A stretch of 64,000 nucleotides of DNA from Candidatus Giovannonibacteria bacterium (GTDB taxonomy: Bacteria > Patescibacteriota > Minisyncoccia > UBA11713 > 2-01-FULL-45-33): assembly GCA_016432405.1 (NCBI GenBank), contig CP066687.1:283040-347039 (forward strand), given 5' to 3'. Below the pieces are notes generated by a model. The model was not told the origin of the DNA, searched no databases, and was given only the letters and a program-made list of their open reading frames with translations. Made by a program: the position numbers and the translations under genes. This document shows, in pieces, positions 8,891 through 19,956 of the stretch (the stretch's first letter is position 1; each line of letters opens with the position of its first letter).

Positions 8891-11542
8891 ATGTCATTTT
8901 TTGGGAAAATTTTTGGCGGCTCCAATGAAAGAGCCATAGACGAGCTTCGGCCGGTTGTTGAGGAAATAAACAATCTGGAAAAAGATTTTGAGAGGATATC
9001 GGACGAAGAATTAAAGAAAAAAACGGAGGAGTTCAGGAGACGGCTAGGAGAAATGGGGAGAGTTATTACTTCTTCGCTGGACGAGATTCTTCCCGAGGCG
9101 TTCGCAGCCGTCCGAGAGGCCGCAAAACGCACGCTCGGCCAGAGGCATTTTGACGTCCAGCTTATGGGCGGGATTGTGCTCCACAGAGGAGGAATTGCGG
9201 AGATGAAGACCGGAGAAGGGAAAACTTTGGTCGCGACTTTGCCGGCGTACTTAAATGCCATTTCCGGTCCGCCAGCCAGTGGAGGAGTGCATATTGTGAC
9301 GGTCAACGATTATCTGTCGCGAAGAGACGCCGCTTGGATGGGGCAGATTTATAGCGCGCTCGGCCTTTCCGTCGGCGTTTTAAACCACGAGGCGAGTTAT
9401 TTATACGACCCGGAACATAAAGAGCTTGATCAGGCCCGCGACACATTGGGCGCTTTCAAAGTCGTCCACGAATTTTTAAGGCCGTGCTCTCGGCGAGAGG
9501 CCTACGCCGCGGATATTACTTACGGCACGAACAACGAATATGGCTTTGATTATTTGCGGGATAACATGGTTTATTCCACGTCGCAAATGTCGCAAAGAGG
9601 GCAAAACTTCGCGATTGTTGACGAGGTTGACTCAATTTTAATTGACGAAGCGCGGACGCCGTTGATTATTTCCGCCCCCGATACGGAGTCGGCGGAACTT
9701 TATAAGGTTTTTTCAAAAATCGTCCCGCGGCTTAAAGAAAACGAGGATTATAATGTTGACGAGAAAATGAAAACGGCGCTTGTGACAGAATCCGGAATTG
9801 AAAAAGTGGAGCAGATGCTCGGGCTCAAAGACATCTACACCGAGCGAGGCATGAGATATGTGCATCATCTGGAGCAGGCGCTCCGCGCCCGCGCTCTCTT
9901 CCAGCGCGACAAAGATTATGTGGTGAAATCCGCCGAGCATGGCGGAGGGGAAGTAATCATTGTTGATGAATTTACCGGCCGCTTGATGCCCGGGCGCAGG
10001 TGGTCTGACGGGCTCCATCAGGCAATTGAGGCCAAAGAAGGCGCGCTTGTCCAGCAGGAATCCCGCACGCTTGCGACAATTACTTTCCAAAATTATTTCA
10101 GGATGTATAAAAAGCTGGCGGGTATGACGGGCACGGCGCAAACATCCGCCGAGGAATTTCATAAAGTATATAATTTGGATGTCACCGAAATCCCGACGAA
10201 TAAGCCAATGGTGCGGCGCGATCTGTCGGACAAGGTTTTCCAGACGGAGAAAGGCAAATTTCAGGCGCTGGTAAAAGAAATAAAAACCAGAACCCAAAAA
10301 GGCCAGCCGGTTTTGGTTGGCACGGTTTCTATTGAAAAAAACGAGAAAATTTCAGCGCTCCTCTTGCGCGAAGGCGTAAAACACAAAGTGCTGAACGCTA
10401 AAAATCACGAGGAGGAAGGAGCGGTTATCGCGCAGGCGGGGAGATTCGGCTCGGTGACAGTCGCGACCAACATGGCCGGCCGGGGAGTGGACATAATTTT
10501 CGGGGGCAATCCGCCGGATGCCGCAGAGGCGGGGCGGGTTCGCGAAGCCGGAGGGCTTTTAGTTATCGGCACGGAGCGGCACGAAGCACGGCGCATAGAC
10601 GACCAGCTCCGGGGGAGAGCCGGAAGGCAGGGCGACCCGGGCGAGACGCAGTTTTTTGTTTCTTTGGAGGACGACCTTATGCGGATTTTCGCGCCGGAGA
10701 GGGTGAAAAATTTAATGGGCAAACTAGGCATTCCGGAAGATGAGCCGGTGGAAAACAAAATGGTCTCAAACGCCATAGAATCCGCGCAGGGCAAAATTGA
10801 GGGATTTAATTTTGACACCAGAAAGCATGTTTTGGAATACGACGACGTGATGAACAAACAAAGGACGGCGGTTTATTCGCGAAGAAAAAAACTGCTTTTC
10901 GCGACACCCGAAGAAATAGAAGCGGAGGCGCTTGGTTTGCTGAAAGGAGTGGCAAACAAAATAATTTTAGTACATACTGCCGGTTCGCCGGATGAATGGA
11001 ATAAAAAAGAGATTTTTGAAAACTTCGTGAGTTTGGGAATGGGGATAACCCACTCCCCGGAGGGTTTCGTCTTTCGCGAGCGAGTTGAGAAAATGGAAAG
11101 CAGAGAAGAGCTGGCCGAGCTCGCGGAGAAAGAGATTGAAGCGACATTCGCCAAGAAAAAAGAGGAGGTCGCCGGATTTACCGATGCGCTTCGTATGGTT
11201 ATGCTTCAGGCGATTGACGCGCTGTGGACGGAGCATCTGGAAGCGATGGAATATATGCGCTCCAGCGTGCAACTTCGCGTTTATGGCCAAAGGGTTGCTT
11301 TGGTAGAATACAAAAACGAAGGCGCTAAGATGTTCCAGCAATTGGAAGTGCACATCAACGCCTACATCGCCAATTTAATTTTCAAAATCGGCCCCGCGCT
11401 GGACCAAAGTACCCCGCCTACGCCAAGAGCTTCGGCGGGTCCTCAATTTGGCAACAGCGCCAAAGGCGCTGGCCAAATTGGGAGAAACGACCTCTGCCCC
11501 TGCGGTTCAGGTAAGAAGTATAAAAGGTGTCATGGGAGATAA
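8891..11542 (+). CDS. secA: Preprotein translocase subunit SecA
   Basis: MKTGEGKT, IVDEVDSILIDEARTPLIIS, QLRGRAGRQGDPG and a SEC-C tail (GRNDLCPCGSGKKYKRCHG). Confidence 0.98.
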   Translation: MSFFGKIFGGSNERAIDELRPVVEEINNLEKDFERISDEELKKKTEEFRRRLGEMGRVITSSLDEILPEAFAAVREAAKRTLGQRHFDVQLMGGIVLHRGGIAEMKTGEGKTLVATLPAYLNAISGPPASGGVHIVTVNDYLSRRDAAWMGQIYSALGLSVGVLNHEASYLYDPEHKELDQARDTLGAFKVVHEFLRPCSRREAYAADITYGTNNEYGFDYLRDNMVYSTSQMSQRGQNFAIVDEVDSILIDEARTPLIISAPDTESAELYKVFSKIVPRLKENEDYNVDEKMKTALVTESGIEKVEQMLGLKDIYTERGMRYVHHLEQALRARALFQRDKDYVVKSAEHGGGEVIIVDEFTGRLMPGRRWSDGLHQAIEAKEGALVQQESRTLATITFQNYFRMYKKLAGMTGTAQTSAEEFHKVYNLDVTEIPTNKPMVRRDLSDKVFQTEKGKFQALVKEIKTRTQKGQPVLVGTVSIEKNEKISALLLREGVKHKVLNAKNHEEEGAVIAQAGRFGSVTVATNMAGRGVDIIFGGNPPDAAEAGRVREAGGLLVIGTERHEARRIDDQLRGRAGRQGDPGETQFFVSLEDDLMRIFAPERVKNLMGKLGIPEDEPVENKMVSNAIESAQGKIEGFNFDTRKHVLEYDDVMNKQRTAVYSRRKKLLFATPEEIEAEALGLLKGVANKIILVHTAGSPDEWNKKEIFENFVSLGMGITHSPEGFVFRERVEKMESREELAELAEKEIEATFAKKKEEVAGFTDALRMVMLQAIDALWTEHLEAMEYMRSSVQLRVYGQRVALVEYKNEGAKMFQQLEVHINAYIANLIFKIGPALDQSTPPTPRASAGPQFGNSAKGAGQIGRNDLCPCGSGKKYKRCHGR

Positions 11543-11640
11543 AAAAACCGCTCTAGGTTGGCCTAGGCGGCCGGCGGCAAGATTTGGGGCTTGATTTCTT
11601 CTTCTAATGCTAGCAAAGATTTGATATAATGTCAATAATT

Positions 11641-12138
11641 ATGCCGCAAGAAAATCAATATCTTCATGAAGTGGCGATTACGGCTATTGTTGTCAAAGGT
11701 GGAAAATATCTGATTACCAAGCGCTCTCCGAACAAAAAGCGCTGGCCGAACTTATGGACGGTCCCGGGCGGAAGGTTGGAAACGAGCGACTATTTGGCTA
11801 TGCCCAAAGACACGGAACATTATTGGTACAATGTTTTGGAGCGCACTCTGCAGAGAGAAGTAAAAGAAGAAGTAGGAATTGAAATAGATAATATTGAATA
11901 CGTAACAAGCTTGGCCACTGTGCACGCGGACGGCAGCCCGTCGCTGGTTATTTCCTGCATGGCGGATTGGAAATCCGGCGAGGTTAATCTTCAGGAAGAA
12001 GAATGCAATGAATTTACGTGGGTAAGTTTGGAGGAAGCGAAAAATTACAAGTTGATTGACGGAATTTTGGACGAGCTCGCGATGGCTGAAAACCGGCGAA
12101 AAGGCAAAAAATCGGAATGGCAGAGGTTTGATAAATAA
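11641..12138 (+). CDS. NUDIX hydrolase
   Basis: WTVPGGRLE...LQREVKEEVGI Nudix box. Confidence 0.85.
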   Translation: MPQENQYLHEVAITAIVVKGGKYLITKRSPNKKRWPNLWTVPGGRLETSDYLAMPKDTEHYWYNVLERTLQREVKEEVGIEIDNIEYVTSLATVHADGSPSLVISCMADWKSGEVNLQEEECNEFTWVSLEEAKNYKLIDGILDELAMAENRRKGKKSEWQRFDK

Positions 12139-12146
12139 AAAGTATC

Positions 12147-12818
12147 ATGAAAAAGAAAAAACTTTTATTTATTTGGGATTTTCACGGAGTTTTGGAGAAA
12201 GACAACGAATATGCTGTTCAGCGTATTTGCAGGCAGGTTGTAAAAGAGTTTGGTTTTAACACAAAAGTTTATTTAGAAGATGTCCGCCGCTGGTACGGAC
12301 TTAAATGGATTGAATATTTTTTTAATTTAACTGAAGAACAGGACAGGAGAAAATTGAGGAAAATGGTGAAACGGGCGCGAGAGGTCAGCCAAAAAATCGT
12401 GCACAAATATTTAAAACCTATGAATCACGCGGATTACGTTTTAAGCCAGATAAAAAAATCAGGCGGCGTAAATGTTATTGTTTCCAATGCTAGACAAGAT
12501 AGAATTGAGGATTTTGTGAAAATTGTGGGCTTACAAAAATATTTGTACAAGGTGATCGGCATAGATGGGCATACGAGGTTTAAATTCAGCACGCCCATGG
12601 AAAAAGCCAATGCGATTAGCAGATTGTCGGCCGGCAAAAATTATGCTAGAAAAATTATTATTGGCGATTCCGAAAGCGATATTCTAGCCGGTAAAATGGT
12701 TGGAGCAAAAACTTACCTGTTTGTAAAAAAAATGAACAGCAAAAAAGTCAGCGATATCAAGGCGGATAAGACAATTGACGATTTACGCAAAATCCTCCCA
12801 GAAATCCATACGGCGTAA
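12147..12818 (+). CDS. HAD-superfamily hydrolase
   Basis: WDFHGVL (motif I), VSN (motif II) and IGDSESDI (motif IV). Confidence 0.85.
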   Translation: MKKKKLLFIWDFHGVLEKDNEYAVQRICRQVVKEFGFNTKVYLEDVRRWYGLKWIEYFFNLTEEQDRRKLRKMVKRAREVSQKIVHKYLKPMNHADYVLSQIKKSGGVNVIVSNARQDRIEDFVKIVGLQKYLYKVIGIDGHTRFKFSTPMEKANAISRLSAGKNYARKIIIGDSESDILAGKMVGAKTYLFVKKMNSKKVSDIKADKTIDDLRKILPEIHTA

Positions 12819-12839
12819 CCAAATATAAAAAATAAAAAT

Positions 12840-12986
12840 ATGGAAAATCAAAACCAATATCTTCATGAAGTTGCGATTACGGCTATCGTCGTGAAAGGCG
12901 GGAAATACTACGGAATTTTGGACGAGCTCGCGATGGCCGATGACCTGCGCCGCGGCAAGAAAACCGAATGGCGGAGATTTGAATAA
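12840..12986 (+). pseudogene. Internally deleted paralog of the upstream NUDIX gene (48 aa)
   Basis: MENQNQYLHEVAITAIVVKGGKY joined in frame to YGILDELAMADDLRRGKKTEWRRFE, matching the two ends of 11641-12138. Confidence 0.85.
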
Positions 12987-13019
12987 AAAACCGGCTTGAG
13001 CTATGCTGAACGGAGCATT

Positions 13020-14642
13020 ATGCGGAATTTTTTTAAAAAAATCGCAAAGAAAAAGCTTTGGGCTGGTATTGCCGCGCTCGCACTGATGATTGCGGGCTAT
13101 TTTAGCTACCAGTATTTCTTTGGAAAAGATGAAGCCGTTCGTTATCTGACCGCTGAAGTTCGCCGCGGGACGCTTGAGGTCTCCGTAAACGGCTCCGGGC
13201 AGGTTTCTGCCTCCAATCAGCTGGGTGTGAAATCAAAAGTTTCGGGAGATGCGGTTTATGTCGCGCCGGTTGAGGGGAGAGAAGTCGGCGCCGGCGCGCT
13301 GATTGTGCAGCTTGACGCGAGAGACGCTCAAAAAGCTGTGCGGGACGCCGAGGTGAACTTGGAAAGCGCCAAGCTCGCCCTTGAAAAATTGCGAGGCCCT
13401 GCAGAGAGCGATATTCCGCGCAATAAAAGGAACGCCCAAGACGACCTGAAAAGGGCCTATGATGACGGCTTTACCGCCGTGTCTAACGCTTTTTTGGATT
13501 TGCCCGCGGCGATAACCGGACTTAAAGACCTCCTTTTCGGAATAAATTTTTCGGGCGGCCAGAGCAATATGAATTATTACGCCGACGCGGTAAAAAATTA
13601 CGACACGCGCTCGCTGGATTACAGAGATTCCGCCAACACGAACTATCAAAAAGCCAGAGCATACTACGATAAAAATTTTGATGATTACCGCATGACCGGC
13701 CGCGAAGCGGAACGTGCGGAGATTGAGGCGTTGATAGATGAAACTTACGGAACGGCGATTAGTTTGTCGGATGCCGTAAAATCCGCCAACAACCTCATTC
13801 AATTTTACAAGGACCGGCTTACTGAAAGGGACTTAAAGCCCAATTCTTTGGCGGACACGCATCTTGCGCAACTGGACGCCTACACCGATAAAACCAATAC
13901 CCACATAGCGGCGCTGCTTAACATGAAAAATCAGATAAAGAATTATAAAGACGCCGTGTCAAACGCGGATTTGGACGTAAAAACACAGGAACTTGCGGTC
14001 AGACAGCGCGAAAACGGCTTGCTGGACGCTAAAGAAAAACTGGCCGATTACTATATCCGCGCGCCGTTTGCTGGGGTTGTGGCCGAAATTAATGTTAAAA
14101 AAGGCGATGCCGTTTCGCCTTCGCTCGTTGCTGCCACTTTGATTACCCGTCAGAAAATCGCGGAGATTTCTTTGAATGAAGTTGATGCAGCTGGCGTCAA
14201 AATTGGGAACAAGGCGTTTTTAACTTTTGACGCCCTGCCTGATGTTAAAATCTCCGGAGAGGTTGCTGAAGTTGATACGCTGGGGGCGATAAATCAAGGG
14301 GTTGTTACATACGGCGTTAAAGTTATTTTTGAAACTGACGATGAGCGCGTAAAAACCGGCATGAGCGCGAGCGCCGATATTGTCGTAAACACCAAAGCAG
14401 CCGCGCTTTTGGCGCCGAATTCCGCGGTCAAATCCAGCGGAAGCCAAAAATACATTGAGGTTTTGTCCGATGGCGAACCGCGGAGAATTAATGTGGAAAC
14501 TGGCTTGGCCAGCGAGGAGCTGACTGAAATTTTAAGCGGCGTTAATGAAGGAGACGAGATAATAACGAGAACAATAAGCCCGGCAAATCAAACACAGCAG
14601 GCCCCGAGCATCTTCGGTCCGCCCGGAGGCGCGCGGCGTTGA
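13020..14642 (+). CDS. MacA/HlyD-type membrane fusion (adaptor) protein
   Basis: N-terminal TM, lipoyl-like halves (IRAPFAGVV), a long coiled coil and [10 protein letters not shown]. Confidence 0.85.
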   Translation: MRNFFKKIAKKKLWAGIAALALMIAGYFSYQYFFGKDEAVRYLTAEVRRGTLEVSVNGSGQVSASNQLGVKSKVSGDAVYVAPVEGREVGAGALIVQLDARDAQKAVRDAEVNLESAKLALEKLRGPAESDIPRNKRNAQDDLKRAYDDGFTAVSNAFLDLPAAITGLKDLLFGINFSGGQSNMNYYADAVKNYDTRSLDYRDSANTNYQKARAYYDKNFDDYRMTGREAERAEIEALIDETYGTAISLSDAVKSANNLIQFYKDRLTERDLKPNSLADTHLAQLDAYTDKTNTHIAALLNMKNQIKNYKDAVSNADLDVKTQELAVRQRENGLLDAKEKLADYYIRAPFAGVVAEINVKKGDAVSPSLVAATLITRQKIAEISLNEVDAAGVKIGNKAFLTFDALPDVKISGEVAEVDTLGAINQGVVTYGVKVIFETDDERVKTGMSASADIVVNTKAAALLAPNSAVKSSGSQKYIEVLSDGEPRRINVETGLASEELTEILSGVNEGDEIITRTISPANQTQQAPSIFGPPGGARR

Positions 14643-14647
14643 AATCC

Positions 14648-15331
14648 ATGATTGAAATCAGAAACATCACTAAAACATACAAAACCGGAGAGGTTGAATT
14701 CCGGGCCCTTTCCGGAGTGAGCTTTAAAGTTGAAGATGGAGAGTTTGTGGCAATCGCAGGCCCATCCGGCTCCGGCAAATCAACTCTCATGCACATTATC
14801 GGTTGCTTGGACACTCCCACCAGCGGCGAATATTTTCTTGACGGGCGCGACGTCTCCGCTCTTTCCGACAACGACCTCGCCGACATCAGAAAGAACCAAA
14901 TCGGCTTCGTTTTTCAGGCGTTCAATCTTCTGCCGCGCACGACCGCGCTGCGGAACGCCGCCCTGCCCTTAGTTTACGCCGGAGTCGGAAAAGAAGAGAG
15001 GGATGCGCGCGCCGCGGGAGCCCTCAAAACGGTGGATTTGGACGAGCGTCATTTCCGGCATTTGCCCAGCCAGCTTTCCGGAGGGCAGATTCAGCGCGTG
15101 GCCATCGCCCGGGCGCTGGTCAACAACCCATCGCTCATTTTGGCAGACGAGCCGACGGGAAATCTGGACACAAAAACCGGAGACCTTATCATTCACGCTT
15201 TTAAAAAATTGAACGAAGAAGAAAAACGCACGATTATTTTAATCACGCACGAGCGCGACATCGCGAAACATGCCAGAAGAATAATCAATATTCGCGATGG
15301 CTTAATTGTAAGCGACGAGATAATGCTATGA
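14648..15331 (+). CDS. ABC transporter ATP-binding protein (LolD/MacB type)
   Basis: [14 protein letters not shown] and [10 protein letters not shown]. Confidence 0.95.
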   Translation: MIEIRNITKTYKTGEVEFRALSGVSFKVEDGEFVAIAGPSGSGKSTLMHIIGCLDTPTSGEYFLDGRDVSALSDNDLADIRKNQIGFVFQAFNLLPRTTALRNAALPLVYAGVGKEERDARAAGALKTVDLDERHFRHLPSQLSGGQIQRVAIARALVNNPSLILADEPTGNLDTKTGDLIIHAFKKLNEEEKRTIILITHERDIAKHARRIINIRDGLIVSDEIML

Positions 15332-16539
15332 CTATTTTGGACACTCTGGAAGAAACTTACACGGCCGTTTCCGCTAACAAGGCGCGGTCGGGGCTTACAA
15401 TTTTAGGGATTATTATCGGTATCGCGTCGGTAATCGCCATGATTTCCATTGGTGAGGGCGCGCGCAGTTCAATTGAGGCAAGCATTGAAGGGCTTGGTTC
15501 AAACCTGCTTACTATTCTCCCCGGCGTAGTGCAGCCGGGCAGAGGCATTGTCTCCTCCGGGCGCGGTTCGGCGCAGACGCTCACAGACGACGATTTGGAG
15601 GTTCTTGAGCGCATTGACGGCATTGAGGTGATTTCGCCGGAGGTCTCAAGGCGATTCCAAATCTCTGCGGCTTCCGGGAACAACACCAACACAACGGTAA
15701 CCGGAATTTTGCCGGCGTATCTTTTCGTCCGCAATCTTTCTTTGGCGGACGGCGTTTTTATTTCGGATAGCAACGTCCGCGGCTTGGGCCGAACGGCTGT
15801 TTTGGGTGCGACCGTGGCCAAAGATCTTTTCGGCGGCGAAAATCCGCTGGGAAAATCAATCAGAATAAATAACGCGTCATTCCGCGTCATCGGGGTGCTC
15901 AACCAAAAGGGCGGTTTTGGTTTTTCCGGCCCCGATGATATGGTGCTGATTCCGCTCTCAACCATGCAAAAAGTTGTCTCGGGGGTTGATTATCTTACCG
16001 GCATATCCATCAGCGTTAAGGACAAAAATCGGATGACCGAAGTGCGCCTTGCAGCAGCTGACGCGCTGCTTCGGGAACACCGCGTTTCCGAGCCGGACTT
16101 CTCAATAATTTCACAGGAAGATATTTTAGGCACGCTGACGCAAGTGGTGGACACTTTCACTATTTTTCTGGCTTCCATCGCCGGCATTTCTCTGGTTGTC
16201 GGAGGAATAGGCATTATGAACATGATGCTCACGACCGTGACCGAGCGCACGCGCGAGATAGGGATTCGCAAGGCAATCGGCGCAAAAAGACGGGATATTA
16301 CTTTTCAGTTTCTCGCGGAAGCCATTATGCTCACCTTTCTCGGAGGTTTTTTCGGCATAGTTCTTGGCTGGTTGATTTCTCTGGGGGTTTCGCAATTTGC
16401 CGGCATCGCCACGTCTGTTTCCATTCAGGCGATTTTGCTGGCTTTCGGGGTTTCGGCGGCCATCGGGATTATTTTCGGATATTATCCCGCCCGCCGCGCC
16501 GCCTCGCTTAATCCGATAGAGGCCTTAAGGTATGAATAA
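15328..16539 (+). CDS. MacB/FtsX-type ABC permease
   Basis: [38 protein letters not shown] and [17 protein letters not shown]. Confidence 0.95.
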   Translation: MTILDTLEETYTAVSANKARSGLTILGIIIGIASVIAMISIGEGARSSIEASIEGLGSNLLTILPGVVQPGRGIVSSGRGSAQTLTDDDLEVLERIDGIEVISPEVSRRFQISAASGNNTNTTVTGILPAYLFVRNLSLADGVFISDSNVRGLGRTAVLGATVAKDLFGGENPLGKSIRINNASFRVIGVLNQKGGFGFSGPDDMVLIPLSTMQKVVSGVDYLTGISISVKDKNRMTEVRLAAADALLREHRVSEPDFSIISQEDILGTLTQVVDTFTIFLASIAGISLVVGGIGIMNMMLTTVTERTREIGIRKAIGAKRRDITFQFLAEAIMLTFLGGFFGIVLGWLISLGVSQFAGIATSVSIQAILLAFGVSAAIGIIFGYYPARRAASLNPIEALRYE

Positions 16540-16605
16540 GGGTTTTCCACAGACGCACTCTTTTGTTTTTTAAAGATATGCTATAATTAAAGAACTGCTC
16601 AAAAT

Positions 16606-17235
16606 ATGGCTAAATCGCACTTAAAACGCGCTTTGATAACCGGAGCTATGCTAGTAGCGCCGATTTTGGTTTTGGCGGAGGAGGATGTAAATACCCGCGG
16701 CAACTTGCGCGCTGAACGCCAAAATATAAGACAGGAAGCCCAGCAGAAGCGGCAGGCGGTTATGCTTGAGGCGAAAAACAAACGCGAGGCGTTCAAAGCG
16801 GAAGCGCAAAAACGGGTTGACGCGCTTAAAAAAAGAGTGGGCGAGGAGCGGGCAAAGAGAATAGAGCAATTCTTTAACCAAATGGTTAGAAAATTTGAAA
16901 ATGCCATTGATCGTCTAAACGGCTTGGCCGACCGCATTGAATCGCGCTTGAATAAATCGGAAGAGGCGGGCAATGATGTTTCCAAAATAAAAGACCAGCT
17001 GAAATCCGCGCGGGATAAAATCTCCGCTGCGGAAACGGCGTTAAACGAAGCCAAAGCTAAGTTCAAAGAGATGGCTAACAGTCAAAATCCTAAAGAAGCG
17101 TTTAGGCAAGTAAAGGCGCTGGTGCAGGGCGTGGCGCAAAAAATAAAAGACGCGCACCGCGCGTTGGTTGACGTTGTAAAATCAATTAAAGGGTTGCGGC
17201 TTGGTAGCGAAGCCACTTCAACTTCGTCAAGATAA
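16606..17235 (+). CDS. Secreted coiled-coil protein
   Basis: Signal peptide followed by charged heptad helices; TGCTATAAT promoter upstream. Confidence 0.7.
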   Translation: MAKSHLKRALITGAMLVAPILVLAEEDVNTRGNLRAERQNIRQEAQQKRQAVMLEAKNKREAFKAEAQKRVDALKKRVGEERAKRIEQFFNQMVRKFENAIDRLNGLADRIESRLNKSEEAGNDVSKIKDQLKSARDKISAAETALNEAKAKFKEMANSQNPKEAFRQVKALVQGVAQKIKDAHRALVDVVKSIKGLRLGSEATSTSSR

Positions 17236-17245
17236 TTTTAAAAAC

Positions 17246-17473
17246 ATGGAAGAAAACAGGCATTTAGGATGGTGGGTAGCGGGAATCATAGCGGTTTTAG
17301 TCGTTGCGGCGTTTTTGTTTTACTATCTAAGATATACTCCTGTGGGAACTGGCGATTACGGAGTTTTGCCGCCGTCGGACGCGACTCAATCAATAGAGGC
17401 GGACCTCAACGCCACTGATTTGAACAATCTGGACGCCGAGCTTTCGGACATAGACAAAGAACTGGCGCAGTAA
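17246..17473 (+). CDS. Small single-TM protein with an acidic tail
   Basis: TM segment WWVAGIIAVLVVAAFLFYY; tail SIEADLNATDLNNLDAEL. Confidence 0.7.
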   Translation: MEENRHLGWWVAGIIAVLVVAAFLFYYLRYTPVGTGDYGVLPPSDATQSIEADLNATDLNNLDAELSDIDKELAQ

Positions 17474-17493
17474 AAATAATTTTTTGGGTAAAC

Positions 17494-17519
17494 AAAAAAG
17501 GGGCTCACGGGCCCCTTTT
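17494..17519. terminator. Bidirectional terminator between convergent genes
   Basis: AAAAAAGGGGCTC-ACG-GGCCCCTTTT. Confidence 0.7.
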
Positions 17520-17537
17520 GGATGGCATTCTTGTTGT

Positions 17538-18266
17538 TTATTTCACCACATCGCTCCAGTTGAAGCTAAATATGGCTCCTGCGCCAACGACGAATTCTGT
17601 TTTCCGGCCATCGCGCACCCTGGTCAGGGGCGTCGATGCTTTCAACATCGGTAGCTGAACTGTTAAATTCTTGTTCAGCTTCCAGGAAAAGTCGGCTTTG
17701 TACTGACCGATCACGGCCGAATCATTTCCGAAAGCGCCGTTATCATACTTGAGCGCGGGCTCGTGGTTGAAGTCCAGGAATTCCAGCAAATGCCACGTGT
17801 GCGCCAAGCCGGTGGCGAAGATCGCGCCGTGTTGCGGGATGTTGCCGGAAGCCGGCCAGTAAAGCTCCAGTTTTCCGTAGGGCGTAAGCGTGTGCTTGCC
17901 GACGATAAATTGGCGTTTCAGCTTCACGAACGGCTGGAAAACATCGCTAAAACCTCTCGGCCAAATGGCAAAATAGGCAATACCGATTTCGGCCCAGTCG
18001 TTGTCATACCAGCCGGTGAAGTCCACTTCTTTGCCGAAGCCATTCTTGCCATCCAAGGAGTAAGACCCCCAGATGTCCCCGCAAAACCCGCGGTAGCAAA
18101 CCGTTGTACCGCTCTGATGAACCGGTTTGTCGTAGAAAATCCCGCCATTGCCCCCAAGATATTTCCCGTACACCAGTGAATACACGGAAATCGAAGGGCT
18201 CTCGGCGCGAGCTTGCGCACTTGCGAAAAGCAGACACATTGTCAAAATAACCAAAATTTTCTTCAT
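17538..18266 (-). CDS. Secreted beta-strand-rich protein resembling TorF-type putative porins
   Basis: Signal peptide (AQA-RA), aromatic alternating strands, SD AGGAGGTGA and its own TTGACA promoter. Confidence 0.6.
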   Translation of the reverse strand: MKKILVILTMCLLFASAQARAESPSISVYSLVYGKYLGGNGGIFYDKPVHQSGTTVCYRGFCGDIWGSYSLDGKNGFGKEVDFTGWYDNDWAEIGIAYFAIWPRGFSDVFQPFVKLKRQFIVGKHTLTPYGKLELYWPASGNIPQHGAIFATGLAHTWHLLEFLDFNHEPALKYDNGAFGNDSAVIGQYKADFSWKLNKNLTVQLPMLKASTPLTRVRDGRKTEFVVGAGAIFSFNWSDVVK

Positions 18267-18354
18267 TCTTCACCTCCTGATGCGAAGCTAGCATAATTTT
18301 AGATGTTTGTCAAGCACTATTAAAATTAAACGAATTTAGTTTAAAATATACCCA

Positions 18355-19035
18355 ATGCGAAGTTTTACTATGGAGAACGCTAAAAAAGAGAGTTTGGAGA
18401 AGCGCAAGAAAAGAGCGGCTGAGATTTTACGAAGATTAAAAAAGGCGTATCCCAAAGCGAAAATCGCGCTTAAATACGGAAACAATATCCAGCTTTTGGT
18501 TGCGGTTATTTTATCTGCTCAATGCACCGATAAGAAAGTAAATGAAGTTACGGAAAAGTTATTTAAAAAATATAAAACGGTAGATGATTTTGCCAGCGCG
18601 AATTTGAAAATTTTTGAGCAAGAGATAAAATCAACAGGATTTTACAGGGCAAAGGCAAAAAGCATTATTACTTCAGCGAAAATAATTAAAAAAGATTTTG
18701 GCGGCCGTTTGCCGCGGACGATGGCAGATATGCTGAAATTGCGAGGGGTGGCGAGAAAAACCGCAAACATCGTCTTGGGCAACGCCTACGGCGTTGTTGA
18801 GGGGATCGGGGTAGACACACATGTCAGGCAGTTTGCCAACTACTGCGCTTTATCGTTTGAGCATGACCCAAAAAAAATTGAGCAGGATTTGATGCGACTT
18901 TTTCCCAAAAAAGATTGGTTCGGGTTAACTTACAAAATAATTGATTTTAATCGAGAAATGAGAAGCCGACAAAACCGCGAGAAAGCCAAATCCAAAATTC
19001 ATTTACAAGATATTTGCCCGACTTCCCCGGTTTAA
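18355..19035 (+). CDS. nth: Endonuclease III, lacking the 4Fe-4S motif
   Basis: LLVAVILSAQCTDKKVN, HhH motif LRGVARKTAN and VDTHV. Confidence 0.9.
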   Translation: MRSFTMENAKKESLEKRKKRAAEILRRLKKAYPKAKIALKYGNNIQLLVAVILSAQCTDKKVNEVTEKLFKKYKTVDDFASANLKIFEQEIKSTGFYRAKAKSIITSAKIIKKDFGGRLPRTMADMLKLRGVARKTANIVLGNAYGVVEGIGVDTHVRQFANYCALSFEHDPKKIEQDLMRLFPKKDWFGLTYKIIDFNREMRSRQNREKAKSKIHLQDICPTSPV

Positions 19036-19082
19036 TATTCTGTGCTAGTTTGTAGGCAGATTTAAATAAAAGGAGAACCGAA

Positions 19083-19925
19083 ATGCAAACTGCGGTTTAT
19101 TCTAACGGCGTGTGGCAAGAAAGCTGTTCTCGCGAAGCTGACCTCGGCCTCCACCGGAATGAGGGCGGAGTTGAAGTTTTGGTGGCGAAGGGGGATGTGC
19201 CGTTTCATTGGTACGACCACCATTCTAGATTGCGCGGGTCGTGCGGATATTACGGCATTTCTTTAGAGAAGCTGCTGCCCGGGCAGAAGATTCTTGAGCA
19301 GATTAAGCTGATGCTTAGCAGAGAGGGCTGCGAACGCGGACAGATCCATGTTTTGGTGACCAGCGGAGATTCCGAAGACCTTAAAACGCCGTCTAGCTCG
19401 CCTCGGCTTTCTTTGAATATTTGGCCGTTTTTTCAGGGGAATCCGCCGCCGCTTAGCGTGATGCCTGTTAATGAAAGGCGGATTGTGCCGCGGCACAAGC
19501 TAACTTTTCATTATGGTAATGTCGGTCCTAATTTGAAAAAGGCCAAAGAGGCAGGTTTTGACAGCTTTCTTTACTCCGATGAGAAAGACGGGCTCTTGGA
19601 GGGTCCGTACGAAAATCTGTTTTTTGTAAACGATGCTGGCGAGCTTATAACCCCGGCTTTCGGCGCGCTCCCAGGCGTAACAAGACGAATATTGCTCAAT
19701 TTGGCTCAAAAAAGCGGGCTTAGAGTCCTTGAGCAGCCGGTACGCCTCTGGCATCTGCGACGCATGAAAGAGGCATTCTTTAGCTCCACCACCAAGGGCG
19801 CCGCTGCCATCTCCAAAGTCGGCGAGTACGAGCACTTTGAGGTTGGGGAGAGAACTCTGACCGCCCAGCTCAAGAAACTCTTTTTTGAATATCAGGAGCG
19901 CTACTACAGCGAACGCGGAGCTTAA
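19083..19925 (+). CDS. PLP-dependent aminotransferase class IV (IlvE/PabC-like)
   Basis: HHSRL, catalytic HK, EGPYENLFFV, LPGVTRR and EAFFSSTT. Confidence 0.85.
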   Translation: MQTAVYSNGVWQESCSREADLGLHRNEGGVEVLVAKGDVPFHWYDHHSRLRGSCGYYGISLEKLLPGQKILEQIKLMLSREGCERGQIHVLVTSGDSEDLKTPSSSPRLSLNIWPFFQGNPPPLSVMPVNERRIVPRHKLTFHYGNVGPNLKKAKEAGFDSFLYSDEKDGLLEGPYENLFFVNDAGELITPAFGALPGVTRRILLNLAQKSGLRVLEQPVRLWHLRRMKEAFFSSTTKGAAAISKVGEYEHFEVGERTLTAQLKKLFFEYQERYYSERGA

Positions 19926-19956
19926 CAAGCCCGCGTTTTTTCTTTATTATTCTCTT

